Below the pieces are notes generated by a model, which saw only the letters and a program-made list of their open reading frames with translations, made no database searches and was not told the DNA's origin. From positions 2,012,974 through 2,076,973 of the forward strand of contig CBDBLV010000005.1 in NCBI GenBank assembly GCA_965207225.1: a stretch of DNA of 64,000 nucleotides. Direction: 5' to 3'. Origin of the DNA: Dehalococcoidia bacterium. Its GTDB lineage: Bacteria > Chloroflexota > Dehalococcoidia > Plut-88900. The position numbers were made by a program, and so were the translations under genes. Shown here one piece after another: positions 38,268 through 49,225 of this stretch. Position 1 is the first letter of the stretch; each line of letters begins with the position of its first letter.

Positions 38268-40658
38268 TCATGGAGCCTGTGGTAGTCGGTGTTCAAGCGC
38301 ATCCGGTTTCGGCATCCTGTAGCCTACCCTAAGCTCGGTGAAGATGTAGGTCGGGTTGACGGCTTCGTCGCCCAGCTTGCGGCGCATGACGCTGATTGCG
38401 GTGCGCATAGGGCGCACGTCCCCGTCGCCATCCGAGCGCCATACCCTTCTCAGCAGGTGCTCGTATGTGAGCACACGCCCCGCGTTGGTCGATAGCTCGA
38501 CGAGCAATCGGTACTGTATGGCAGTCAAGTCTACCGGATTTCCTCTGATGGTCACGAGGCGTTCGGCGTAATCTATGGTCAGATCCCCTACGACATAGGG
38601 GACTGCTGGCTCGGAAGTCGTCCGTCTACGCAGAGCCGCTCTGATCCGCGCAACGAGCTCGGTTGGTGAAAAGGGCTTGACTACATAGTCATCTGCCCCC
38701 ATGTCGAATGCCCTGGAGACGAGCCGGTCCTGGCCGTAGGCGGACACGAATATAACCGGCACGTCGGCCTCGCCGATGACCTCTTTCATCAGTTCGATCC
38801 CGTCTGCTCCTGGCAGCATCAGGTCAAGCAGCACCAGATCGGGTTTCTCCTCCTCGACGAGGCGGGCCACGTCATCCGGGTCTCCGGTGGCGATTACCGC
38901 ATAGCCCGACTTGACCAAGGCGTCGCGGATGTACCTGAGCGCCTGGTCGTCATCGTCCACAGCCAGGATGCGCAACTGCTCACGCCCCGCTTTGCGTTTG
39001 GGTCGTGTGGCGAGCTGGGGCACCGTTGCGGGCGACACGTATCCCGCCTCATCGACCGTGGGAATCGTGAAGGTGAATTTTGCCCCCAGGCCCGGCCCAT
39101 CGCTCTCGGCCCAGATGCGGCCGCCGTGGGCCTCCACGATCCCCTTGCAGACGGCGAGTCCGAGCCCGGTGTCCCCTCCCTGCTCGTCTGCCTCGAACCG
39201 GGAAAACTTCCTGAACAGGTGCGGCAGGCTTTCCGCGGGGATGCCCATGCCCTCGTCGGAGACAGACACGGAAACCTGCAGGTCGCCCGGTGCGGCGCTC
39301 ACGCTGATGGTGGACGACTCCGGTGCATGCCGTGCCGCATTGGCCAGCAAGTTGCCAAGCACCTGGATAATGCGAGATCTGTCCGCCATGATCCAGGGCA
39401 GATCCGGTGGGATGTCTATCCGAAGGTTGTGCCGGTGCCCGCCGATTCGGAAGGCGTTCCCGGCCTCGCCGGTGAGAATCACCAGGTCCGTCGGCTCCGG
39501 TGAGACCGGTAGGGTGCCCGTTTCAATGCGAGCAGCGTCGAGAAGGTCTGCGATCAGAGCGCGCATCCGGTCGGTCTGCTCCAGGATGATTCTATAGAAC
39601 TGGCGTATCTCCGCAGGATGCATGCCGGAGGGCTCTTCCAACAGTGCGGATATAGAGCCCCTTACAGTGGCCAGGGGTGTGCGGAGCTCATGGCTCACCA
39701 TCGCCAGGAACTCGGCCCGAAGTCTCTCAACCTCCTTGAGAGGGGTCATGTCCTGCATCGTCACGATGAGGCTCTCCACCTCACCGTCATCTGAAAGGAT
39801 GGGGTTGCCGTTCAGCAGCACAGTGACACTCCGACCGTCGGGCACACTGAAGACCATCTCCTCCGCCCGCACCTTCTCTCCAGCCCTCAGCAACTGGTCT
39901 ATGGGCACGTTGGCCAGGTTGTGTTCCCGACCATCCGCACGCCGGATCGTCAGGGTCTCTCGGAGATTCTCCGGTGGTTCTTCCGGGGCCAGCAACGCGT
40001 CGATGATCCTCCTCCACTCCTGGTTGGTGGAAACAGGGGTTCCCGTTCTGGCGTCGAAGACGGCGACTCCCACCGAGGTTGTACTTATCAGGGTTTCCAG
40101 GTCAGTCCTGGCGCGCTGTTCGTCCCGGTACCTGCTGGAGATAGAGATGACCATCGCCGCCTGTGAGGCGAACATGACAAGGGTCTCAACATCCTCCTCG
40201 CTGAACTCCTCATCCTCCCGACTATGGCCCAGAAATATGATTCCCACCGGTACGCCGCGATGTCTTATGGGCGCAGCCACACCGGCGAAGACGGTCATCG
40301 GCAGCCAGCCAGCCAGTCCAACCGATACTGCATACTCACAGTAGTTGTCCACGCGGAGAGGCTTGGAGATCTTGCTGAAGTGATCGAAGATCCTTGTTCC
40401 ACCCGGCAACTCCAAGAGCTGGCGGTGCTCATCCTCCGTTGTCCCGGATGTTAGAACTGAATCCAGTCCACCGACTTCATCCATGCTTGCAATGACCCCG
40501 TAACGGGCATCGGTAAGATACCGCGCATTGTCAATTACCTCCTGGAGAACGGCATTGAAGTCCAAGCTCTCGTTGATGCGTACGCTGGCCTCGCTCAACC
40601 TGGACAGCCGTTCTCGCAGAGCCTGGTTTTCTTGCAACAGATCGTCTTCTCGATTCAC
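38268..40658 (-). CDS. Hybrid sensor: GAF-PAS-HisKA-HATPase-REC-winged helix
   Basis: SHELRTPL, GTGLGLA, DLMLPG, KPFS, TELRVGYRM. Confidence 0.92.
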   Translation of the reverse strand: MNREDDLLQENQALRERLSRLSEASVRINESLDFNAVLQEVIDNARYLTDARYGVIASMDEVGGLDSVLTSGTTEDEHRQLLELPGGTRIFDHFSKISKPLRVDNYCEYAVSVGLAGWLPMTVFAGVAAPIRHRGVPVGIIFLGHSREDEEFSEEDVETLVMFASQAAMVISISSRYRDEQRARTDLETLISTTSVGVAVFDARTGTPVSTNQEWRRIIDALLAPEEPPENLRETLTIRRADGREHNLANVPIDQLLRAGEKVRAEEMVFSVPDGRSVTVLLNGNPILSDDGEVESLIVTMQDMTPLKEVERLRAEFLAMVSHELRTPLATVRGSISALLEEPSGMHPAEIRQFYRIILEQTDRMRALIADLLDAARIETGTLPVSPEPTDLVILTGEAGNAFRIGGHRHNLRIDIPPDLPWIMADRSRIIQVLGNLLANAARHAPESSTISVSAAPGDLQVSVSVSDEGMGIPAESLPHLFRKFSRFEADEQGGDTGLGLAVCKGIVEAHGGRIWAESDGPGLGAKFTFTIPTVDEAGYVSPATVPQLATRPKRKAGREQLRILAVDDDDQALRYIRDALVKSGYAVIATGDPDDVARLVEEEKPDLVLLDLMLPGADGIELMKEVIGEADVPVIFVSAYGQDRLVSRAFDMGADDYVVKPFSPTELVARIRAALRRRTTSEPAVPYVVGDLTIDYAERLVTIRGNPVDLTAIQYRLLVELSTNAGRVLTYEHLLRRVWRSDGDGDVRPMRTAISVMRRKLGDEAVNPTYIFTELRVGYRMPKPDALEHRLPQAP

Positions 40659-41055
40659 TCCATAGCCTCGTTGGGTTTGTCGCGCCCGAGGGTCCCTCTA
40701 CCTGGGCGCCAGACTCGGGGAACTGTGGGTAATCGGGGCCACACTATCATCTTCACATCAACTTCACAACAATTGCCGTGTGAAGGGCCGAGAACTTAAT
40801 AGTGAGCTTACATCGGCTCCCTATAATGGAGTCGTGGGGCTGCGTACATTTTCGCAAGTGAGGGACAAGTCGGATTGCGGCCTGCGCTCCAGGACGCCGC
40901 GACGCCTCCTCTTGGTGTGGTCGGCCGAGACCGGGCGGGTTTGTCCGCGACTGGAGCCTTGCGTAACGCGAATGTCGCGATCTTGTGGTCAACCATCGGA
41001 GGGCCACGACTGGTACCGCACGATGTAGCCGCTTTGCGCGCGTTCGTGGAACGGG

Positions 41056-41709
41056 GTGGTGGCTGGTCATCGAAGGGTCTGCCATGCATTGGGAATGGTG
41101 GATTCGGCAGCATCATGGGCGGTCACGGGGGACATCTTGCTCAAAGGCACAGGCATCTCGTGGAACGTGAACGGCATCGACGATATCACGTCCGCTACCA
41201 CGCGATTTGACTCGCTAGCTCCTAGTCCTGGTTGGGTGTGGGCAGAGTGGCTCGCCCGCCGACATCTCGAACCGGCCCAGATGACGTTGCTGCCGGGCAT
41301 GTTCGAAAGTGCACTTGAGCTCGGTCGCACCAGGGAACTGGACTCCGCCGTCGTCCGCCTGGTGAATGAGACACCTACGCTGCCGACTTCGAGCGCGGGA
41401 GCGCGAGCCCGCCTGGCCGCCGAGGTGGCTGAGACCTTCGGTCCCTACGAGTGGCACGGGCCTCATCCGTGGGCGGCTGTGTTCCCCGGTCTCTCGGCAC
41501 AGCACGCGCGCCGCTTTGACCGCACAGTTATTTTGGACGCCAGCGGCAGCGAGTTACCCGCTGACGCTTCCAGCGGTTGGCACCACCTCCCGCCAGGTCT
41601 CTATGCACCTTCCAGCACGCTCGTAGCGATCGAGATTCCAGCCAGCCACGCCACGGGAGAGCTACGAATGTCGATGGGCGAGCTGCAAGACGGAGTGATG
41701 TTCCTATGA
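41056..41709 (+). CDS. Hypothetical protein or fragment
   Basis: 217 aa ORF whose stop overlaps the next start; no motif recognised. Confidence 0.35.
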   Translation: MVAGHRRVCHALGMVDSAASWAVTGDILLKGTGISWNVNGIDDITSATTRFDSLAPSPGWVWAEWLARRHLEPAQMTLLPGMFESALELGRTRELDSAVVRLVNETPTLPTSSAGARARLAAEVAETFGPYEWHGPHPWAAVFPGLSAQHARRFDRTVILDASGSELPADASSGWHHLPPGLYAPSSTLVAIEIPASHATGELRMSMGELQDGVMFL

Positions 41710-43758
41710 CTAGCCAAAGACTCCTCCTACTCCTGATCGCTGTCCTTGCGCTGGCGTCGGTCCTGGCACTGGTGGCGTGCGACGATACCGAGCCCACGGC
41801 TACGCATTCTGCCATCCCTACGGCGACACCCACCCAGACCGCAACGCCCACCACAGCGCCCTCACTCGTTCCTACCGCCATTCCGACGCCCACTCAGGCA
41901 GTGAAATCCACTGCAACTCCTGAACCAACGCCTGTGGTCTTGGGGGATTGTCTGCACGGCATGAAGTTGGATCCCGGTGATGGGTGTCGCTACACAGGCG
42001 GCGGTAGTCTCAGGGCCAAGGTTGTTCTATCAGTGCTGCAAGACGGCTCGATCTGCCGCGAAGGAGGGCCGGCCAAGCAGTTTGGGTTCACGATTAACAA
42101 CCTGCGACTTTGCACAAACGGATTCGAAAGGGACGAGGCGTTCGGGAGCGACATAGCGGTGAGGAAAAACCCTGACGGGAGTTGGACCTTCTACGGGTCT
42201 AGCTCGGATGCCGCATCGTCCGGGCCGCAGACTCCCACACTGACTCCCGTTCCTTCTATTGACCCAGTCTCGCTCTCCGAATTCAACGACGCGAGCTCCT
42301 CTGAGCGGGAAACCATGTTGGCGGACGGCCGGATTCACAGGTGCCGAGCGGGCCTCGCGTTGCCACTTGACAGTTTCTGCATAGATGAGAGCGCGACTTC
42401 GTTGTCAAGTATCCGGTTCCTAGTCGGCCATCTCCCTGAAGGCGACGGGCTCGTTTTGCAAGGTAGTGCTCGCTTCCAGGTCGGCGAAAATGCACAACTC
42501 GGCTGGATTACTTACGAAAAGGAGGGAAGTGATCGCGTAATCACTCATCTTGAACCGGCGAACACGGCTGCTTCCGCGCCCGAATCGCCTACGGCGACGC
42601 CCACTGCAACGCCTTCACCCTTGCCTACTGCGCCAGCGGATGGCATATGCCGCGTGGGTCTGACGGTCAGGTCGGGCGAGATCTGTACCTACCCGGGAAC
42701 CAGCGAGGACTTCTCGGTCGCTTCGTCCGGCCGTGGACGATTCCTGTTCTTCACTGCCGGGACCGGAATTGAAGCTCGCAACACGACCGTCAACGGTGTC
42801 ACGTACAACTTCAAGGCCAGCAAGCAGAGTGACGGGAGCTGGATAATTGAGGCGGTGGGAGGGGACACTCCGGCACCATCTACGGCTACAGCTACGCCCG
42901 CAACGCCCTCTGCGCCGACGGCGACTCCGACCGCCACGCCCACGCCCGAGCTTGCCCCTGCAGGAGTCTTGATATTCATACACGAACTCTTTGGCATACA
43001 CGTTGAGCTTAAGGTGCTGGAGGTTGAAAGAGGCTATGCGGGAAATGAGCGTTCTACATTTTGGTTGGAAGACGGGAATGAGTGGGTTAGGGTTGTCATT
43101 GAAGTCAAGAATCTTGGCGAGGACAAATACTCCAGTTTCTCGCGGCTAAACTTTGCTCTCGTGGATGCGAATGGTTCCGAATTGGGTGATACATTCGGAG
43201 CGCCGGACACGGGGAATCTCATATGGGACAAGGAGATTGCGCAGGGCGCAAATGTGCGGGGAGATGTCGTCTTGCAAGCGCCGATCAGCGAAAGCTATTT
43301 GGCCCTTGAGGTCAATCCAACACATTTTAGCCCCCGACACTTGCCGCTGACCGGCGGCCCTGCCCCTCAGATTCCAACCCCAACACCAGCGCCTCCTACT
43401 GCCACCCCGACTCCAGCACCGCCATGGGCGCCGAGAGTCCGGGTCGTCGACAGGGACGAATACAGCCTGACCATCTCATTGGTGACCCGGTCTTCGACCT
43501 ACTTTGAGCTGCGTCGCCGCGATGAAGGCTCCAGGGAATGGACGGCATTGGGCAAACATGACATGGGCAACATATTCATCGACGACGGACTCGTCGCGGA
43601 CTCGACCTACTACTATTCAGCGAGAGCCTGCAACGATGCCGGCTGTTCCGCATACTCCGATCAGCAAGGAGGGATCACGGAAGCATCGGGGGAGGTCGAA
43701 GTCCCCTCAACGCCGGTCAATATTGTTGCTACGCGCACTCGCTTTGTTAGAACATAAG

Positions 43759-43788
43759 GATCGCCGGTTCAAATCCGGTCACCCCGAC
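43759..43788 (+). other. tRNA 3' fragment (Pro-like)
   Basis: GCCGG-TTCAAAT-CCGGT-CACCCCG-AC: T arm and acceptor strand only. Confidence 0.7.
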
Positions 43789-43997
43789 TAACTCTCCGTC
43801 CGTCTACAGACGGTTGAACAAGCATAGGTTGTCGGCTGTGGGTTCAAGAAAAACGCTATGGGTGGCGCACTTCTCCAACTTACCGCCCTTCCCATTTTTC
43901 AGACTTGAGGTAATACCTTCACATGGAAAGCATTCCTTTTGTCGGAACGGGTTTTCAGCTACGAACGTGGCGGAGTGTTTCTTAGGGCGTTACTTTG

Positions 43998-44690
43998 TTA
44001 GGGCGGAGGCAGAGAGAGTACATTGCCTATATGTTCAGGTAGCTGGAACACCGTTATCCCTGCTTGAGCTAGACATATCCCTGCTTGAGCTAGAATAGGG
44101 CCTATCCCGCGGAGCATGGCTCCCAGCCGATACACGGCGTTGTTGAGGAAGCTGTCCCCTGTCTCTTCATAGTGCTCAATAGCCCTGAGCACTTCGTCCA
44201 GCGCTGTTAGAATGTTCTGCTTGTGGAAGCCGTCTAGGTCTGCTTCAACTACCTGTTGTCGCAACTCCTCGGCCTTTTCTTTCAGCCATTGTCGTTGGGC
44301 TGCCTCTGCCCACTCATATCCAAAGGTAGAAGGAAAGTCGTAGAGAGTTTGGTTGGGTATCACTGCCATTCTCACTGCCCGACGTAGGGACGTGCAGTCG
44401 GAGGAGAACGTGTCTGAATCTTCAGTTTGGATGGTCATGAATAGTAATTCATTAAATTCTTCCACGATTGTGTTGGTCGCCTCCGTCAAATGAGGAAGGT
44501 AAGTGATAGTTTTCTTTTGCCAGTCAGCAAGCAGAATCTGAAAAGCGGTCGCAGCGTTGGCATAGGTACTCCCACCTCCGCATTCCCCAGCGGTAATCAT
44601 TGCGTCCACCCACACAGATGTCGGTACATCGCTATGGTCGAGGTCACATATGTAGTCCAGTATTCTAAGGATCCTGTCTTGTGTGGTCAT
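43998..44690 (-). CDS. Hypothetical passenger protein
   Basis: 230 aa ORF with RBS. Confidence 0.6.
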   Translation of the reverse strand: MTTQDRILRILDYICDLDHSDVPTSVWVDAMITAGECGGGSTYANAATAFQILLADWQKKTITYLPHLTEATNTIVEEFNELLFMTIQTEDSDTFSSDCTSLRRAVRMAVIPNQTLYDFPSTFGYEWAEAAQRQWLKEKAEELRQQVVEADLDGFHKQNILTALDEVLRAIEHYEETGDSFLNNAVYRLGAMLRGIGPILAQAGICLAQAGITVFQLPEHIGNVLSLPPP

Positions 44691-45138
44691 GTTTGCCTTT
44701 CTAAATCCTAGGCTACCACAGAGGAAGCGAGTATTCGCCGTCGGTTGCCAGTCGAATCTACTCAGGTCCGACCTGAGATTCGCTAACGGATATCGCGGAT
44801 GGGGCGGATCGCTTCTCTAACTGCGTCTATTACATTGTCGATTTCACTTTTCTCTAAAGGGTTCCGCGCACTTCGATTCATTCCTACGCTCCGAAGGCGG
44901 CTATCCAAGTCTTTTAGTGCATTTATGATCACTTTGTTCTCGCATTCTAGTTGCTCTATACGCGCTTCAGTTATCAATCACCTACCTCCCAGTTCTGTAT
45001 GGAAAGCCAGCTATGCGATAATTAGGTAGTACTCAATTGTTTGGAGGTTTCCGTTGGCTTCTTAGACCAAGACTTTGCATCTTTCTCTAGATGTTTCATC
45101 AACCGGCCATTATGTATCTGGGGTAGCTATGACTAAGT

Positions 45139-45417
45139 CTATGAAGATGTACGTCGGCTTTGGAATGCCTTCCTCACCTTCTCTACATTGTCGCTCTCTA
45201 GTTGCATTCCCTCTAACCAATCTTCGGGGTCATCAACTAGCGCTAGTGTAGCTCCGCTTAGTTCATAGAACTTTCTGCCTACACAATGCAGCTCAGTGCT
45301 GTGTGATGTTCCTGGCCCGATAGAACGCTTCTTGGTGGCTAACTTAGTGCTGTTGCCAATTGTTACCACTTCACCATCTGCGAAATATGATGGCATTGTT
45401 CTCTCCTTCCGGAACAC
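45139..45417 (-). CDS. Small hypothetical passenger protein
   Basis: 92 aa ORF; GGAG before the internal Met. Confidence 0.45.
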   Translation of the reverse strand: MFRKERTMPSYFADGEVVTIGNSTKLATKKRSIGPGTSHSTELHCVGRKFYELSGATLALVDDPEDWLEGMQLESDNVEKVRKAFQSRRTSS

Positions 45418-45455
45418 TAAAAGATAAGAGGTTGTTGGGGTACTATGAAGTTAAC

Positions 45456-45722
45456 TTACTTAGGGGGACTAGGTTTTGGCTTCAAATAGCGCAAAAACTC
45501 ACTCTTCAGCTTTGCTATATCCTGCGAGTCATTACTCTGAGGATAAGGATTTGCAAAGGTTGCACAATGCTTTCGGAGAGACTGTTCTAAGTCATCTATG
45601 CTGCATGCATCCTTACAAGCGGAAGCGAGGCTTTTCAAGAAGTGTTGAAGGCTTCGAGTGCTGAGTCGTGTTATCACTGGTTCGTCAGGTTTTCCGTAGG
45701 TTCTCTTGAAGTCATCTGCCAT
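45456..45722 (-). CDS. Small hypothetical passenger protein
   Basis: 88 aa ORF with GGAGG RBS. Confidence 0.5.
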   Translation of the reverse strand: MADDFKRTYGKPDEPVITRLSTRSLQHFLKSLASACKDACSIDDLEQSLRKHCATFANPYPQSNDSQDIAKLKSEFLRYLKPKPSPPK

Positions 45723-45811
45723 GCGTGGCCTCCTGTAGTGGGTAGATAGAGAATACCATAGACTGTCAATCTGTGGACAGCCGTGTTTTTGGTTGAGCCT
45801 CTGGGTTAGCC

Positions 45812-45954
45812 TTGCCCTTAGATAGTTTCGTGCTACAATAGGGCTGCGCCCACTACAGCGCCACTACTCCGTTCCACTGTCATGCCGCAGTTGGAGGGAT
45901 ATGGGTCTTCTGTGCCCTCCTTCCGGCTGCGTGGAGTGGAAAAGCTGTAGTGGG
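45812..45954 (+). promoter_or_regulatory. Sigma70-like promoter and ~105 nt leader hairpin
   Basis: TTGCCC...TACAAT; CCCACTACAGC pairs with GCTGTAGTGGG. Confidence 0.55.
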
Positions 45955-45986
45955 TTTGCCCTATCCCCACGGAAGGAGGGCTACCC

Positions 45987-47018
45987 ATGCGGTTTGCTCC
46001 CCGTGTTGCCATACTGAGCGCGGTCCTGCTAATTGTTCTGTTTGCGTCGAACCCCGTTAGTGCTGAGTGCGAGCGTCTGTATCCAAGCGGCCTGAATCAA
46101 ACCTGTCGAGCTGCACAGTCCCCGACAATCACGCAGGTCAATCTCGAAGTAGTCACCCTCACGAACGATGCCTGTCGCTTGGACATGGTGGTACAGGGAG
46201 ACTTCTCCTCTTGGCATCAGGCAATTGAGAACGGGCGAGTAACTAAGGGGAGCGGCGGCACAAGGACTCCTGGTCGCTTCGGTGTGCCGTTCACTCTCCA
46301 CTTCATGGAGTTAAGCCCGTCAACCCTACGTGCTACGTTTTGGCGGGACAATCCCAAGTCATACGATGACTTGAATCGTGAAGGTATGCCCAGAAGTTCT
46401 AGCTTCTTGTCGGAAGTAGACTCGTTCGGCTGGAGCGTAGAGGAAGCGGACACAGGCTATAGCTGGCGATTCCCTATCTCCCCTCCTTACGAAAGCGCGA
46501 ACCTGCCAGCACTCTATCAAAAGTGTATGCAGGACATAGAGCTATCGAGAGAAGGGAAGGAGCGCAGGATCTACATCGACAAGCATGAGATAGCGATCTC
46601 GATGGCAAGGCAGTCAGCCCTAGCAGAGATAGCTTTTCTTGATGGCGAGATCATAATGATGACGCAAGCCCTTTCTGACATACAGGCGCTCATCACACAG
46701 GCAAGCGAGGCAATCAGTAACGCACTAGAAAAGAGGCGAAAGCTAATCACACTTGAGGAACAGTACGCCGAGACGATAAATGCGTTTTGGGCAGAGCAAA
46801 CGCAAGCCTATATGACCTTTTCAACATGGGCCACAGAACGACTAAGCAACATCGACCAACAACTGGCAGAAGCCGAACAGTTTAGGACGACGATAGAACA
46901 ATTGGAAACCGAATTTCAGCAGGAGTTGGCAGACACCAGAGAGCGCATCAGGCAAAAAGTGGAGGAGCTAGAAGCATTGGCAACACCTGAAACAGAGACT
47001 AATGGAGAGGAAAACTAG
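45987..47018 (+). CDS. Secreted protein with C-terminal coiled coil
   Basis: Signal peptide, GGAGG RBS, heptad-rich C-terminus. Confidence 0.7.
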   Translation: MRFAPRVAILSAVLLIVLFASNPVSAECERLYPSGLNQTCRAAQSPTITQVNLEVVTLTNDACRLDMVVQGDFSSWHQAIENGRVTKGSGGTRTPGRFGVPFTLHFMELSPSTLRATFWRDNPKSYDDLNREGMPRSSSFLSEVDSFGWSVEEADTGYSWRFPISPPYESANLPALYQKCMQDIELSREGKERRIYIDKHEIAISMARQSALAEIAFLDGEIIMMTQALSDIQALITQASEAISNALEKRRKLITLEEQYAETINAFWAEQTQAYMTFSTWATERLSNIDQQLAEAEQFRTTIEQLETEFQQELADTRERIRQKVEELEALATPETETNGEEN

Positions 47019-47166
47019 TGGCCTACCAGCATATGGTGATAAGAACGCGGGAGAGTAAGATACAGGAGCATCTAGACAAGTGGGGGCCGCGAGGATTCCG
47101 AGTAGTAGGACTCTACCGTCGTCGAGGCGTGAACATAGTTACTCTAGTCCTAGAGGCCAAGCTCTA

Positions 47167-48027
47167 GTGGATCTGCTCGATGTACTGGACTACTGGCAGG
47201 AGGAGGACGAGTGCCGACGCCTACTATTGAACCTTCGATGGCCTAACGGTGTCGCATGTCCACGATGCGGGAATCTACACATTAGCTGGATAACTACTCG
47301 GGGAACATTCGACTGTCTAGCTTGCCGGTACGTCTTTTCAGTCACCGCAGGGACTACCCTGCATAAGACCCACATCCCATTGAGCAAGTGGTTCGTTGCA
47401 ACGTACCTGATGTGCGTGTCAAAGAAAGGGATACCCGCCGTTCAACTAGCGCGGATGCTCAGAATCTCAGATCAGGCAGCGTGGTACTTGGGCCACAGAG
47501 TCCGCCATGCTATGCACCAGACAGAACGTATCTTCGGTGGAATCGTCGAGGTAGACGAAACCTACTACGGCGCAAGGAACGACAAGTCGATAGTGTTGGG
47601 CATAGTCCAGAGGGGCGGAGGAACGTATCTAAAGGTCACGACCGACCGTAGTAGACGCACTCTGCACAAGTTTGTACTGGAAGCTATCGACCCAGAGATA
47701 GTGGAGGCAGTCTTTAGCGACGGATGGCCGGGATACAACGGACTGCCCTATCACATGGCCTCGAATCACTCGAAGCGCTACTACGGGGATAGCTACATGC
47801 ACACCAACACGATTGAAGGCATCTGGTCCCTACTCAAACGGAGTATGAAGGGCATATTCCACTTCGTGCAGCCCAAGTACCTGGACTACTACATCGACGA
47901 GCTGGCATGGAAGATCAACAACCGTCACCATCCAGAGCTATGGACGCTGACACTGCAAAGGCTGGTAGCGTCTCGGCCTCTCAGCTACAGAGCGTTGACC
48001 AGACCGCAACTAGTGATTGGAAATTGA
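47167..48027 (+). CDS. IS1595-family transposase
   Basis: RWPNGVACPRCG Zn ribbon, VEVDETY, HTNTIEGIWS. Confidence 0.93.
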   Translation: MDLLDVLDYWQEEDECRRLLLNLRWPNGVACPRCGNLHISWITTRGTFDCLACRYVFSVTAGTTLHKTHIPLSKWFVATYLMCVSKKGIPAVQLARMLRISDQAAWYLGHRVRHAMHQTERIFGGIVEVDETYYGARNDKSIVLGIVQRGGGTYLKVTTDRSRRTLHKFVLEAIDPEIVEAVFSDGWPGYNGLPYHMASNHSKRYYGDSYMHTNTIEGIWSLLKRSMKGIFHFVQPKYLDYYIDELAWKINNRHHPELWTLTLQRLVASRPLSYRALTRPQLVIGN

Positions 48028-48182
48028 CCCGCTAAACTGTACTTACGGCGGGTGTGAGACGTGACCGCCGTAGGGGACAAAAGGCGGAGTAGGGCGTCAC
48101 GCAGCCGTGCCCGCGAGCTCTCCCCGACGTTGGAGGCCCCTGCCGGTGTACCCTTAAGCTGAGGGAGCCGAGCGGGGGCTTT

Positions 48183-48413
48183 CTACTCTTCCACCAATTC
48201 GTACCGGCCCATGTCCTCTGCATACTGCGCCATCGCCAACAGTGCCGCGCTTAGGACTTTGGCTTCACCGAGTTGCAGGGCATCCCGAAAGGGACGACGA
48301 GACCTCTCGTAGCCCGAAGAGAGGCGCACCCTGCTCAAATCTTCAAACATGTTGTACTCTAGCTTGACGAAGCCATCGCCCTTTTCTCCTAGCCCGTCGA
48401 TCTGGAAGAGCAT
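48183..48413 (-). CDS. Small hypothetical protein
   Basis: 76 aa ORF with GGAGG RBS. Confidence 0.45.
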   Translation of the reverse strand: MLFQIDGLGEKGDGFVKLEYNMFEDLSRVRLSSGYERSRRPFRDALQLGEAKVLSAALLAMAQYAEDMGRYELVEE

Positions 48414-49225
48414 GCCTTACCTCCTGTCTGCGGAAGGTAAAGCCCGAAGTAACAGAATGACAAGTCCTACGGGGAAAACCGTTCCGACAAAAGTAATGCT
48501 CTACACGGAAACCCATTTCCTTGGAGAAGTAGAAAAGTACCCTCTAATCCCCTCTTGAGACTGAGCAAAGGCGAAAGTCTCAAAACGTCTCTCGCTCCTG
48601 CTCCGCTCAACCCCCCGACGAGTCTCGCAACCCACGGCCTTTGAGCAAGGTGGGTAGCGTAACTGAACTATTCGGCGTATCGTGTTACCTAATCGTTTTT
48701 CGCGCGATTAGGGAGCAAGCAAGTATGGCTCGTACGATGAATGGCGCAAGGAAGGTGTCCAGCCAGCGGCCCTCCTAGGAATCGAACCTCACTAGAGATT
48801 GGTGATCATGTTAGCGCATCCGCTTACGGAAATCGTCAACTTTATGCGATAACTAGGGGGGCCGCGTTGCTACGAAAGTTGATGTACGCCTAGCATTCGA
48901 CGACGCAAGGGTAACTTGGAATGCGGTTATTGGGGCGACGTACTACGAAGTGTACCAGGGCACCCGGCTGGATGCGGAAGTCAGCGCACCGCAGACGCAG
49001 TATTACGATGGATCACCAAATTCTGGACCCTTCGGGTTTGAACCAACGAGTTACAAGGTCCGGGCATGCAACAAATCCGGCTGCTCTGACTTTTCCAACA
49101 GCGACACTGCATATTGAGCCGCCGAATAGGATTGCTAAGCAAAAGGCCTGGCGGCGCCAACCATGAGGGGAAGGCCCGCGACAGAAGAGACTGGAATGCG
49201 AAGGGTGGAAGGAGGGAGCAATCGC

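Larger units (their letters stand above)
43733..48865. mobile_element. IS1595-family transposon with passenger genes
   Basis: 8 bp duplication GTTGCTAC at 43725 and 48866; imperfect terminal inverted repeats; lower GC. Confidence 0.88.
41706..49117 (+). pseudogene. Pro/Thr-stalk lipoprotein (DUF4352-like and two FN3 domains) split by the IS1595 transposon
   Basis: LVAC lipobox; frame resumes after 48873 as VATKVDVRL...YKVRACNKSGCS*. Confidence 0.85.

Noticed and set aside
43720-43790. Complete tRNA-Pro gene
   Set aside because: No 5' acceptor strand, D arm or anticodon arm
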